This document shows, one piece after another, positions 21,796 through 31,569 of a stretch of DNA of 64,000 nt. The DNA comes from an uncultured Actinomycetota bacterium. GTDB taxonomy: Bacteria > Actinomycetota > Actinomycetes > JAHEKZ01. Position 1 is the stretch's first letter. Every line of letters begins with the position of its first letter. The DNA is taken from contig CAWGPZ010000006.1 of assembly GCA_963824605.1 (NCBI GenBank), positions 193,191-257,190 of the forward strand, given 5' to 3'. The position numbers and the translations under genes were made by a program. Under the pieces are notes generated by a model. That model saw only the letters and a list, made by a program, of their open reading frames with translations, ran no database searches and was not told the DNA's origin.

Positions 21796-22728
21796 ATGCG
21801 ACTCGTGGTGGCTCTCGGCGGCAACGCCCTGCTGCGACGCGGGCAGCCGATGACTCTGGAGAACCAGCGCACCAACGTGCGGGTAGCCGCGGTGGCCCTG
21901 GCACCGGTCGCCATGGAGCACGAGCTGGTGATCACTCACGGCAACGGACCGCAGGTAGGGCTGCTTGCCCTTCAGGGCGCTGCGTACCACCCGGACGAGG
22001 CGTTCCCCTTGGACGTGCTCGGAGCTGAGACCGAGGGTCTCATCGGCTACCTGATCGAGCAGGAGCTCGGCAACCTGCTGCCCTTCGAGAAGCCGCTCGC
22101 CACCTTGCTCACGATGGTTGAGGTTGACCCGGGCGACTCCGCGTTCGCCAACCCGACGAAGTTCGTCGGTCCCGTCTACGAGAAACAGGATGCTGACGCG
22201 CTGGCGGTGGCCAAGGGATGGCACTTCAAGATGGACGGCCAGGTGTGGCGTCGCGTTGTTCCCTCGCCGCTGCCGAAGCAGATCTTCGAGCTGAGGCCGG
22301 TCCGTTGGCTGCTCGAGCAGGGCGCCGTCGTGATCGCCGCCGGTGGTGGCGGCATCCCGACGATGTACCTGCCTGGTACACGCACGTTGGTGGGCGTCGA
22401 GGCGGTCGTCGACAAGGACCTGGCCAGCTCCCTGATGGCACAGCTGATCGACGCTGATGAGTTCGTGGTGGCCACCGATGCTGATGCGGTGTACGTCGAC
22501 TGGGGCACCGAGCAGCAACGGGCCATCGCTCGGGTGAGCCCCGACGTTCTGGGGCAGCTGGCCTTTCCCGACGGGTCGATGGGGCCGAAGGTGGGCGCGG
22601 CGTGCGATTTCGTCCTGACCACCAAGCGCCCGGCCAGAATCGGCGACCTCGCCGCACTACCGGCGGTCCTCGCTGGTGAGGCCGGCACCGTCGTCGTCTT
22701 TGGCGAGGGTGTCCTCGACTACCGCTGA
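21796..22728 (+). CDS. arcC: Carbamate kinase
   Basis: In-frame ATG at 21796, product [18 protein letters not shown]...[14 protein letters not shown]..., a carbamate kinase/amino-acid kinase fold. Confidence 0.85.
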   Translation: MRLVVALGGNALLRRGQPMTLENQRTNVRVAAVALAPVAMEHELVITHGNGPQVGLLALQGAAYHPDEAFPLDVLGAETEGLIGYLIEQELGNLLPFEKPLATLLTMVEVDPGDSAFANPTKFVGPVYEKQDADALAVAKGWHFKMDGQVWRRVVPSPLPKQIFELRPVRWLLEQGAVVIAAGGGGIPTMYLPGTRTLVGVEAVVDKDLASSLMAQLIDADEFVVATDADAVYVDWGTEQQRAIARVSPDVLGQLAFPDGSMGPKVGAACDFVLTTKRPARIGDLAALPAVLAGEAGTVVVFGEGVLDYR

Positions 22729-22848
22729 CCAACTGCCAGCATTGTCAAAGTCTCGTGGGGTCATAGCCCCAGAGAAGCTTCACGTTGTTGGGGGTGGACG
22801 GGAAACCCGTTGGCGGTGGTGGTGCCGGGTAGGTGAGACTGTCGCCTT

Positions 22849-24486
22849 GTGGGACACGTCGACGTCAACGGAGTCAGCTTCGCGCTGCCGGATGGCCGCA
22901 CCCTCTTCGGCAACGTCTCATTCCGCGTCGGGGACGGTGCCGTTGTCGCTCTGGTCGGTGCAAATGGGGCCGGCAAGACCACGTTGATGCGCATCATCGC
23001 CGGCGATCTGGAGCCGCTCGAGGGTTCGGTGGCGCGCAGCGGTGGGCTCGGCGTCATGCGGCAGTTCGTGGGCAGCGTGCGCGACGACTCGACGGTGCGC
23101 GACCTGCTCGTGTCGGTGGCGCCACCCCGTATCCACGACGCCGCGGTCGAGCTGGATGCCGCCGAGCTGCAGATGATGGAGCGCGACGACGAGAAGACGC
23201 AGATGCGGTACGCCCAGGCGATCGCCGACTGGGGTGATGCCCACGGCTATGACGCCGAGGTCGTCTGGGATTCCTGCACCATGGAGGCGCTCGGTGTCCC
23301 CTATGAGCGCGCGCAGTATCGCGAGGTGCGCACCCTCTCCGGCGGCGAACAGAAGCGACTGGTTCTGGAGGCGCTGCTGCGGGGCCCCGACGAGGTGCTG
23401 CTTCTCGACGAGCCCGACAACTACCTCGACGTTCCAGGGAAACAGTGGCTCGAGGAGCGGTTGGCCGCCACACACAAGACAGTGCTACTCATTTCGCACG
23501 ACCGCGAGCTGCTCGACCGCACAGCCAACCGCATCGTGACCGTCGAGGGCGGTACTGCATGGGTGCACGGCGGTGGCTTCGCGTCGTATCACGAGGCGCG
23601 CGGAAACCGACACGACCGGTTGGCCGAGCTGCTGCGACGATGGACCGAGGAGCACCAACGACTCAAGGACCTCGTGCGCACGCTGCAGCAGCAGGCGGCC
23701 ATCAGCCCCGACATGGCGTCGAAGTACAAGGCCATGCAGACCAGGCTGCGGAAGTTCGAGGAGGCCGGCTCCCCGGAGGCTCCGCCACCAGAACAGAACG
23801 TGCGCATGCGGCTCCGGGGTGGACGCACCGGCGTCCGGGCCGTCGAGTGCCAGCAGCTCGAGCTGACCGGGCTCATGCAGCCCTTCGATCTGGAGGTGTT
23901 CTACGGCGAGCGGGTGGCTGTGCTGGGCAGCAACGGTTCGGGCAAGTCGCACTTCCTTCGGCTGCTTGCATCATGGGATGCCAGGCAGGGTGTCGCCGTC
24001 GATCCGAGCGTTGCGACGACGGGGAAGTGGAAGCTCGGCGCCCGCGTTGTCCCTGGGCACTTCGCCCAGACCCACGACCACGCCGAGTTCACCGGCCGGA
24101 CGCCCATCGAGCTGCTCTGGGACCAGCACTCGCTGCAACTAGGGCCGGCGAAGTCGTCCCTGCGGCGGTACGAGCTCGAACATCAGGCGGAGCAGCGCTT
24201 CGAGACGCTGTCGGGTGGACAGCAGGCGAGGTTCCAGATCCTGCTGCTCGAGCTCTCCGGCGTCACACTGCTGCTGCTCGATGAGCCCACCGACAACCTC
24301 GACCTGGCGAGTGCGGAGGCGTTGGAGGAGGGCCTTGAGGCCTTCGACGGAACCGTGATGGCGGTCACCCACGACCGCTGGTTCGCCCGCTCGTTCGATC
24401 GCTATCTGGTCTTCGGGTCGGACGGCCAGGTGTACGAGGCGTCCGAACCCGTCTGGGACGAGGGTCGCGTTCAGCGCACCCGTTAG
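22849..24486 (+). CDS. ABC-F family ATPase (two ABC cassettes, no TMD)
   Basis: Two Walker A motifs (GANGAGKTT and GSNGSGKSH), two signature motifs (LSGGEQKR and LSGGQQAR), two Walker B motifs, and an ~80-aa interdomain linker. Confidence 0.85.
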   Translation: MGHVDVNGVSFALPDGRTLFGNVSFRVGDGAVVALVGANGAGKTTLMRIIAGDLEPLEGSVARSGGLGVMRQFVGSVRDDSTVRDLLVSVAPPRIHDAAVELDAAELQMMERDDEKTQMRYAQAIADWGDAHGYDAEVVWDSCTMEALGVPYERAQYREVRTLSGGEQKRLVLEALLRGPDEVLLLDEPDNYLDVPGKQWLEERLAATHKTVLLISHDRELLDRTANRIVTVEGGTAWVHGGGFASYHEARGNRHDRLAELLRRWTEEHQRLKDLVRTLQQQAAISPDMASKYKAMQTRLRKFEEAGSPEAPPPEQNVRMRLRGGRTGVRAVECQQLELTGLMQPFDLEVFYGERVAVLGSNGSGKSHFLRLLASWDARQGVAVDPSVATTGKWKLGARVVPGHFAQTHDHAEFTGRTPIELLWDQHSLQLGPAKSSLRRYELEHQAEQRFETLSGGQQARFQILLLELSGVTLLLLDEPTDNLDLASAEALEEGLEAFDGTVMAVTHDRWFARSFDRYLVFGSDGQVYEASEPVWDEGRVQRTR

Positions 24487-24530
24487 TGCACACCATTGGG
24501 GAGACCTTGGGCACCAAAGGCGACGCGAAG

Positions 24531-25721
24531 CTACCCCCAAGGCGTGTGGCGGGAGCGGGCACCAAGGGCCGCTATACCCACGGCAAGGGCGGTCACCACA
24601 GTGCCGGCGGCAAAGGCCCAGGTCGGGCTGATATCGGCGAGGGCGCCGCCCAGAGCGGCTCCGCTGCCGAAGCCGAGCAGCAAGAAGGTGGTCGTCCACG
24701 CGAACGCGTCCGTGCGGCGTCCGGGTGCCGCGCGCTCACCGACGACGCCATAGCCGGCAGCCAGAGAAGGGGCCAGCGCCAGGCCCGAGACAAAGAGGGT
24801 GACGCCGAGCCAGCCGAGGCCGAAGTGCCACCCCACGACAACGGTGGCCGTGCCAGCGGTGACCCCCGCCAGCAGCCAGGGCCATCGCTGAGCCGGTCCG
24901 TGGCGCCAGGTGACCCGAGATGCCAGCAGCCCGCCGACGAGTGAGCCAAGGCTCCAGAGGGCGAGCAGCCATCCGCTGGCTGCTCGATTCTGTTCGAGGA
25001 TGGCGACGGCAGGGACACCCACCTCGACGAGGCCGAGGCCGAGGGCCATGACGCAGAGCGCGGCGTAGGGTCCTGCCAACCTGACGAGCGCGGTGACCAG
25101 GCCGATCCGGGCTGCGGTCGCCGGATGTGGCTGCCAGAGCGGCCGCACCACCCAGGCGAAGATCAGCCCGCCCGTGACCCCGCAGGTCGCCGCCGCAACG
25201 AGTGCGGCGCCGGGACCTGAGAGCGCCACGAGGACACCGACCAGGGCCGGTCCGGCGATGAAGACCATCTCTTGCCACGTGGCGTCGAGAGCGTAGAGGG
25301 CATCCAGATCCTTCTGGTCCTCGGACAGCTCTGGCCAGAGCGTGCGTGAAATCGGCGACGTAGGTGCGGAGAGCAGGCCTCCCACAGCGGCCAACAGGAC
25401 GAGCGTCGACTCGGAGCCCCCGACCCCGGACGCGAGCAGCAGCAGCACGATGCCCTGGCTCGACGCCGTTGCAGCCTCGACGCGGTGGGCGCGCCCCCGG
25501 CCCGCGAAGCCGCCCCACAGGGGCTGGCTGACCGCAGACCCGATCGCCCAGGCGCCTCCGGCCAGACCGGCTGCCGCGATCGACCCGGTGCGCTCCTGCG
25601 CGAGCAGGACGACGGCCAACGGCGCCAGGCCCTGGGGCATCCGGGCGATGATGGACAGCACGAGCACCAGCCGGCTGATCCGGCGTCCGGTGCGAGCCGA
25701 GCGGGAGGGCGGCGGGGTCAC
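24531..25721 (-). CDS. MFS transporter
   Basis: 12-TM-like Gly/Ala/Leu-rich ORF. The start is probably the GTG near 25721; the listed ORF extends to 25868. Confidence 0.75.
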   Translation of the reverse strand: MTPPPSRSARTGRRISRLVLVLSIIARMPQGLAPLAVVLLAQERTGSIAAAGLAGGAWAIGSAVSQPLWGGFAGRGRAHRVEAATASSQGIVLLLLASGVGGSESTLVLLAAVGGLLSAPTSPISRTLWPELSEDQKDLDALYALDATWQEMVFIAGPALVGVLVALSGPGAALVAAATCGVTGGLIFAWVVRPLWQPHPATAARIGLVTALVRLAGPYAALCVMALGLGLVEVGVPAVAILEQNRAASGWLLALWSLGSLVGGLLASRVTWRHGPAQRWPWLLAGVTAGTATVVVGWHFGLGWLGVTLFVSGLALAPSLAAGYGVVGERAAPGRRTDAFAWTTTFLLLGFGSGAALGGALADISPTWAFAAGTVVTALAVGIAALGARSRHTPWG

Positions 25722-25912
25722 GCCCCGTAACGTAGTGGGGACCCGGTTTTGACCGTCCCCCCTGGGCACGGGTAACCTGAGCGGCTGTTGCGCCTTGTAT
25801 CTGTCGGGGTCGCTGGTCGGCCCCAGATCGTTGGCGCCGGATGCGCCCTGCGGAACGACCTGACTCATGCAGAGCGCGTCCTGACCCGATTCGACTCACG
25901 AAGGTTCCGCCC

Positions 25913-26356
25913 GTGCGCACGTACAGCCCCAAGCCTGGCGACGTCCAGCGTCAGTGGTACGTCATCGACGCTGAAGATGTCGTCCTCGGACGTCTCGCCA
26001 CGCACGTTGCTCAGCTGCTGCGTGGCAAGCACAAGCCGGTCTTCGCGCCGCACGTCGACACCGGCGACTTCGTCGTCGTGATCAACGCCGACAAGATCGC
26101 GCTCACCGGCGCCAAGCGTGAGCAGAAGCTGGCCTACCACCACTCGGGCTACCCGGGCGGCCTGCGCGCCACCGGATACGACGAGCTGCTCTCCAAGAAC
26201 CCGCGCAAGGCTGTTGAGAAGGCCGTCTGGGGCATGCTGCCGAAGAACCGCATCGCCCGTCAGCAGCTCAAGAAGCTCAAGGTCTACGCCGGCACTGAGC
26301 ACCCCCATCAGGCACAGCAGCCCGTGCCGTTCGAGATCACACAGGTCGCGCAGTAG
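25913..26356 (+). CDS. rplM: 50S ribosomal protein L13
   Basis: In-frame GTG at 25913, product [29 protein letters not shown].... Confidence 0.94.
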   Translation: MRTYSPKPGDVQRQWYVIDAEDVVLGRLATHVAQLLRGKHKPVFAPHVDTGDFVVVINADKIALTGAKREQKLAYHHSGYPGGLRATGYDELLSKNPRKAVEKAVWGMLPKNRIARQQLKKLKVYAGTEHPHQAQQPVPFEITQVAQ

Positions 26357-26390
26357 CGCAGCCGGGACCACAGAAGGTATCGAGAGGACC

Positions 26391-26906
26391 ATGTCCGACG
26401 TGACCGTCAGCACCGAAACCGCCCCCGAGGCGGACGCCCCCTCCGACGAGGCAGCTCCGCCTACGGGCAACTTCACCAGCGAGTCGACCGTGGCCGTTGC
26501 GCCGCGCGAGATCTCTGACGCCCCGGGCGCGGCCACCGGCCGACGCAAGGAGGCGATCGCCCGCGTCCGCATCACTCCCGGCACGGGCAAGTGCACGGTG
26601 AACGGCAAAGAGCTCGACGACTTCTTCCCCAACAAGGTGCACCAGCAGGTCGTCAACGACCCGTTCCGCGTGCTGCAGGTCGAAGGGCGCTACGACGTCA
26701 TCGCCCGCGTCCATGGGGGCGGCGTCTCCGGCCAGGCCGGCGCAATCCGCCTCGGCATCTCGCGCGCGCTGAGCGAGATCGACACCGAGGGCAACCGCCC
26801 GTCGCTGAAGAAGGCCGGCTACCTCACCCGTGACCCGCGGGCCAAGGAGCGTCGCAAGGCTGGGCTCAAGAAGGCCCGTAAGGCTCCGCAGTACAGCAAG
26901 CGCTGA
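26391..26906 (+). CDS. rpsI: 30S ribosomal protein S9 (N-terminally extended)
   Basis: In-frame ATG at 26391. An Ala/Pro/Glu-rich N-terminus is followed by the S9 core, ending ...RKAPQYSKR. Confidence 0.93.
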   Translation: MSDVTVSTETAPEADAPSDEAAPPTGNFTSESTVAVAPREISDAPGAATGRRKEAIARVRITPGTGKCTVNGKELDDFFPNKVHQQVVNDPFRVLQVEGRYDVIARVHGGGVSGQAGAIRLGISRALSEIDTEGNRPSLKKAGYLTRDPRAKERRKAGLKKARKAPQYSKR

Positions 26907-26974
26907 CGCGCCCGTTGCTTTCGCTGCGCCCCGTCGGCCTTACGGCTTGCGGGGCGCGCGCATGAGGAGGTGCT

Positions 26975-28318
26975 GTGCCCCGGCTCTTCGGTACTGACGG
27001 TGTGCGCGGCCTCGCCAATCGCGATCTCACCGCTGAGCTCGCGGTCGACCTCAGCGTTGCGGCCGCCCATGTGCTCGGCGAGACCGGCGCCTTCGAAGGG
27101 CATCGCCCCGTCGCTATCGTCGGACGCGATCCCCGTGCCTCTGGCGAGTTCCTGGAGGCAGCCGTAGTGGCGGGTCTGGCCAGCGCCGGAGTAGATGTGA
27201 GTCGAGTGGGGGTTCTGCCCACGCCAGGGGTCGCACACCTCACCGCTGCTCGCGGTGCTGACCTCGGCGTCATGCTGTCGGCATCACACAACGCCATGCC
27301 CGACAACGGCATCAAGTTCTTCGCCCGAGGGGGACACAAGCTCGGCGACGCCATCGAGGACGCCGTCGAGTCGCGTCTCGGCGAACCTTGGGATCGGCCC
27401 ACCGGAGGCGGGGTCGGCCGCGTTCGCGACGACGCCGACGCGGGGAGCGACTACGTCACCCACCTCCTGAGCACCCTCGGTAGTCAGTCCCTGGACGGTG
27501 TTCGGGTCGTCGTCGACTGCGCGAACGGCGCTGCGTCTTCGGTCGCACATGCCGCCTTCGCCGGCGCTCACGCAGACGTCATCGCCATCCACGATGCGCC
27601 TGATGGACTCAACATCAACGACGGTTGTGGTTCAACGCATCTGCAGTCGCTGCAGTCGGCCGTCGTCGAGCACGGGGCAGACCTTGGCGTCGCGCTTGAC
27701 GGTGACGCCGACCGGTGCCTGGCCGTCGACGCCAGTGGGGCACTGGTCGATGGCGATCAGATTCTGGCCATCTTGACCCTTGCCATGCGCGACTCCGGAC
27801 GCCTCGCCCACGACAGCGTCGTCTCGACGGTGATGTCGAACCTCGGGTTTCGGCAGGCGATGCAGCGCGAGGGCGTCGCCGTCGTCGCCACGGCCGTCGG
27901 AGACCGCTACGTGCTCGAGGCCATGCGCTCGTTCGGCTACACATTGGGTGGCGAGCAGTCGGGTCATCTGATCATGGCCGAGCACGCTACTACTGGCGAC
28001 GGCCTGCTGACCGCGCTTCACCTTGGCGCCCAGGTGGCGGCGTCCGGGCACGCGCTGGCAGACCTGGCCGGGGTGATGCAGCGCTTCCCACAGGTACTGG
28101 TCAACGTCCCTGACGTCGACAAGCTGAGAGTCGACGCCCCCGCCATCGCTGCTGCGGTGGCCGAGGAAGAGCGAGGGCTCGGCGATGACGGACGCGTTCT
28201 GCTGCGCCCCAGCGGCACCGAACCGCTCGTCCGCGTCATGGTCGAAGCCGACTCCGCCGAGCGTGCCCAAGACGTGGCCGACCGGCTCGCGGCCGTTGTT
28301 CGCAGGACGATCGGGTGA
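26975..28318 (+). CDS. glmM: Phosphoglucosamine mutase
   Basis: 447-aa ORF, GTG start, [10 protein letters not shown]-terminus and active-site Ser loop [15 protein letters not shown]. Confidence 0.93.
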   Translation: MPRLFGTDGVRGLANRDLTAELAVDLSVAAAHVLGETGAFEGHRPVAIVGRDPRASGEFLEAAVVAGLASAGVDVSRVGVLPTPGVAHLTAARGADLGVMLSASHNAMPDNGIKFFARGGHKLGDAIEDAVESRLGEPWDRPTGGGVGRVRDDADAGSDYVTHLLSTLGSQSLDGVRVVVDCANGAASSVAHAAFAGAHADVIAIHDAPDGLNINDGCGSTHLQSLQSAVVEHGADLGVALDGDADRCLAVDASGALVDGDQILAILTLAMRDSGRLAHDSVVSTVMSNLGFRQAMQREGVAVVATAVGDRYVLEAMRSFGYTLGGEQSGHLIMAEHATTGDGLLTALHLGAQVAASGHALADLAGVMQRFPQVLVNVPDVDKLRVDAPAIAAAVAEEERGLGDDGRVLLRPSGTEPLVRVMVEADSAERAQDVADRLAAVVRRTIG

Positions 28319-28380
28319 GCCGGTGGCACGTGCCGTCGAGCTTGCGCTGAGTTCAGACCTCAGACCGTAGGGTGTAGACC

Positions 28381-30219
28381 ATGTGCGGAATCGTCGGATA
28401 CGTCGGGCAGCAGAACGCGATCGACGTCGTCATCGAGGGTCTCCGGCGCCTTGAGTACCGCGGGTACGACAGCGCCGGCGTTGCCGTGGTGTCAGCTGAC
28501 GAAGTGCAGGTGAGGCGGCGCGCGGGCAAGTTGGCCAATCTCGAGAAGCTGCTGGCTGAGCAACCCTTGCCGGCGTCGACCTTCGGCATGGGACACACCC
28601 GGTGGGCCACCCACGGGGCTCCGAACGACCGCAACGCGCATCCGCATCTCGACGAGGCGGCGAAGGTTGCTGTCGTGCACAACGGCATCATCGAGAACTT
28701 CGCTGCTCTGCGGGCGGACCTTGAGGACGAGGGTGTGACGCTCACGTCCGACACCGATACCGAGGTGGTGTCGCACCTGTTGGCCCGAGAGTTCGAGGGC
28801 GATCTTGCCGCCGCCATGCGCTCGGTATGCCGCAGACTCGAGGGTGCATTCACCCTGGTGGCGGTGCACGCCGACCAGCCGGACGTCGTCGTGGGTGCCC
28901 GGCGGAACTCACCCTTGGTTGTCGGTCGTGGCGACGGAGAGAACTTCCTGGGCAGCGATGTCTCGGCCTTCATCGCCCACACTCGTCAGGCGGTCGAGCT
29001 CGGGCAGGACCAGGTCGTCGAGCTTCGTGCCGATCGCGTCGAGGTGACGACATTCGACGGGCAGCCGGCAGATGTCCGTGAGTACGACGTCGACTGGGAT
29101 GCGTCGGCCGCCGAGAAGAGCGGTTTCGACTACTTCATGCTCAAAGAGATCCATGAGCAACCGAAGGCGGTTGCCGACACCTTGCTGGGTCGGATCAATG
29201 ACGAAGGTTCTCTGCGACTGGATGAGATGAGGCTTTCGGACGAAGATCTCCGCGACATCGACAAGATCGTCATCATTGGGTGTGGCACGGCATACCACTC
29301 CGGATTGATCGCGAAGTACTCGATTGAGCACTGGACTCGGATCCCGGTCGAAGTCGAGGTGGCGTCGGAGTTCCGCTACCGCGACCCCATTCTCGGCCGC
29401 CGTACCCTCGTCATCGCGATCTCGCAGTCTGGCGAGACCATGGACACGCTGATGGCCATCCGTCACGCCCGCGAGCAGGGCTCTCGTGTTCTCGCCATCT
29501 GCAACGTCAACGGATCGACGATCCCTCGCGAGTCGGACGCCGTTGTCTACACCTACGCGGGGCCCGAGATCGCCGTCGCATCGACGAAGGCGTTCTTGAC
29601 GCAGATCATTGCGGCGAACCTCGTTGCGCTCTACCTCGCCCAGGTGCGTGGCATGAAGTGGAGCGACGAGATCGCCCGCCACGTCGATGAGCTGGCCGGC
29701 ATGCCTGCGGCTGTTGACCGGGTCCTCGACACGGTTGAACCAGTTCGCGCGCTTGCGCGCGAACTCGTCGATGCCAAGGCCGTGCTCTTCCTCGGTCGCC
29801 ACGTCGGTTTCCCGGTGGCGCTCGAGGGTGCCCTCAAGCTCAAAGAGCTTGCCTACATGCATGCGGAAGGTTTCCCTGCCGGTGAGCTCAAGCACGGCCC
29901 CATAGCGCTCATCGAGGAGGGTTTGCCCGTCGTCGTCGTCGTACCCCCGCTGAGTCGCAAGGTGTTGCACGACAAGATCGTGAGCAACATCCAAGAGATC
30001 CGAGCTCGGGGCGCACGCACGATCGTGATCGCCGAGGAAGGCGATGACACCGTGGCGCCGTATGCCGACACTCTCATACCGATTCCGGCAGTGCCGACGT
30101 TGCTCCAGCCAGTAGTGGCGACCGTCCCGTTGCAGGTGTTCGCCTGCGAGCTGGCGAGCGCCAAGGGGTACGACGTCGACCAGCCGCGCAACTTGGCCAA
30201 GTCCGTCACGGTCGAGTAG
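28381..30219 (+). CDS. glmS: Glutamine--fructose-6-phosphate aminotransferase
   Basis: 612-aa ORF MCGIVGYVG... with an N-terminal Cys nucleophile and two SIS domains. Confidence 0.95.
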   Translation: MCGIVGYVGQQNAIDVVIEGLRRLEYRGYDSAGVAVVSADEVQVRRRAGKLANLEKLLAEQPLPASTFGMGHTRWATHGAPNDRNAHPHLDEAAKVAVVHNGIIENFAALRADLEDEGVTLTSDTDTEVVSHLLAREFEGDLAAAMRSVCRRLEGAFTLVAVHADQPDVVVGARRNSPLVVGRGDGENFLGSDVSAFIAHTRQAVELGQDQVVELRADRVEVTTFDGQPADVREYDVDWDASAAEKSGFDYFMLKEIHEQPKAVADTLLGRINDEGSLRLDEMRLSDEDLRDIDKIVIIGCGTAYHSGLIAKYSIEHWTRIPVEVEVASEFRYRDPILGRRTLVIAISQSGETMDTLMAIRHAREQGSRVLAICNVNGSTIPRESDAVVYTYAGPEIAVASTKAFLTQIIAANLVALYLAQVRGMKWSDEIARHVDELAGMPAAVDRVLDTVEPVRALARELVDAKAVLFLGRHVGFPVALEGALKLKELAYMHAEGFPAGELKHGPIALIEEGLPVVVVVPPLSRKVLHDKIVSNIQEIRARGARTIVIAEEGDDTVAPYADTLIPIPAVPTLLQPVVATVPLQVFACELASAKGYDVDQPRNLAKSVTVE

Positions 30220-30228
30220 GCGCACGGG

Positions 30229-31146
30229 TCAAGCGGTGGCCAGGTAGACCCAAGCAGCCCCTTGCGCCACGATCATCGTCAGCATCGCAAGGACTGCCGG
30301 CAGCGGTGACTCGACACGGGTGATGCGCCACAGCGCCCATAGCGAGACGGGAAACGCAGCGGCCGATGAGATCGATACCGGCACAGGGATTGGCGTCGGC
30401 GTGGCAAGTGGCAGAACTCCGTAGGCAGTGAGTGTGCATGCTGCTGCAAGGAGACGGACAGCTCGTGGGCTCAGGCGCGTCACAAGGGTCGCTTTGCCCA
30501 CCTGCAGGTCGGCGGCGCGATCAGGCCATTGGGTTTCGAGCAGGTTCACGAACACCAAGAGTGTGAAGGGAACGAACAGGACGGCGTCCTCGAACGAGGC
30601 GTCGCCCACGACTGCAGCCACTCCGAAGAGTGGCAGGAGCAGACCGCCGAGCAGGGCATTTGCGACCTCGCCGACCCCATGGCGCGAGAAGGCCAGAGGC
30701 CGGACGGAGTACTGCCAGCCCCCAAGGAGGCCGAGACCGAGCAAGAGTGCAGCGGTGGCACTCAGTGACTCGCGTGCCACTGCGATCAGGGTGACCGCCA
30801 ACGAGACAACACCGGCAGCAGCTGCCCACCTGAGGGCCATCCGTGGGGGCAGGCCGAAATCTTGCAGGGCACCGCTTCCCCCCGAGAAGGCGGTCCGCCG
30901 CGTCAGAGCGTCGGTCTCGGCGTCCGCGTACTCGTTGACGATATGCACACTCGTCGCTGTGGTGATCACAGCCACGAGACCGAGCGCGAAGGCGTCCGCC
31001 GTCGGTTCACCGCCCAGAGCGGTCGCTGCCGCAACACCGACCATGAAGACCACGACCACCAGCGCGATCTGGTCGGGACGACTCATGCGCCACAGAGCGC
31101 GCACGACGACGAGACGTCGGTGGTCGTCGTTCGACGATAGAGCCAT
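30229..31146 (-). CDS. UbiA-family prenyltransferase (polytopic membrane)
   Basis: 305-aa membrane ORF with an Asp-rich NEYADAETD motif. Confidence 0.65.
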   Translation of the reverse strand: MALSSNDDHRRLVVVRALWRMSRPDQIALVVVVFMVGVAAATALGGEPTADAFALGLVAVITTATSVHIVNEYADAETDALTRRTAFSGGSGALQDFGLPPRMALRWAAAAGVVSLAVTLIAVARESLSATAALLLGLGLLGGWQYSVRPLAFSRHGVGEVANALLGGLLLPLFGVAAVVGDASFEDAVLFVPFTLLVFVNLLETQWPDRAADLQVGKATLVTRLSPRAVRLLAAACTLTAYGVLPLATPTPIPVPVSISSAAAFPVSLWALWRITRVESPLPAVLAMLTMIVAQGAAWVYLATA

Positions 31147-31207
31147 CGGTGCAGCCTCGCACGGTTCGCCCTACCCACCGCGAGAGCAGAGGTGAAAGAC
31201 TGAGCGG

Positions 31208-31558
31208 GTGATCGTGGGCATCGGGATCGACGTCGTGGACATCGAGCGGTTTAGGCAGACCCTGGAACGCACTCCAGCCCTGTGTGCTCGCCTCTTCACT
31301 CCTACCGAGAGGGCACTTCCTTTGGCGTCCCTTGCAGCGCGCTTTGCGGCCAAAGAAGCTCTCGCCAAGGCCCTGGGAGCGCCCGCTGGGTTGCAGTGGC
31401 ACGACTGCGAGGTGGCGAACGACTCCGACGGCCGCCCCGTCTTCGAACTCCAGGGCACGGTGCACGCGCGGGCGGTCGCGCTGCGTGCGCACAGTATTCA
31501 CTTGTCCCTCAGCCACGATGCCGGCATCGCGTCGGCTGTGGTTGTGGCTGAGGCATAG
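31208..31558 (+). CDS. acpS: Holo-[acyl-carrier-protein] synthase
   Basis: 116-aa [18 protein letters not shown].... Confidence 0.88.
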   Translation: MIVGIGIDVVDIERFRQTLERTPALCARLFTPTERALPLASLAARFAAKEALAKALGAPAGLQWHDCEVANDSDGRPVFELQGTVHARAVALRAHSIHLSLSHDAGIASAVVVAEA

Positions 31559-31569
31559 GGGGTCGCGCT

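Noticed and set aside
21586-22518. 5' portion of the 588-aa minus-strand ORF 20752..22518
   Set aside because: It is antisense to the well-supported arcC gene. High-GC genomes produce long stop-free antisense frames, and this translation is Arg/His-rich with no domain signal. Only the 3' part (20752..~21585/21669) is kept as a gene.
24736-25932. 398-aa minus-strand ORF overlapping the MFS gene in another frame
   Set aside because: Arg-rich junk translation. The MFS frame has coherent TM helices.
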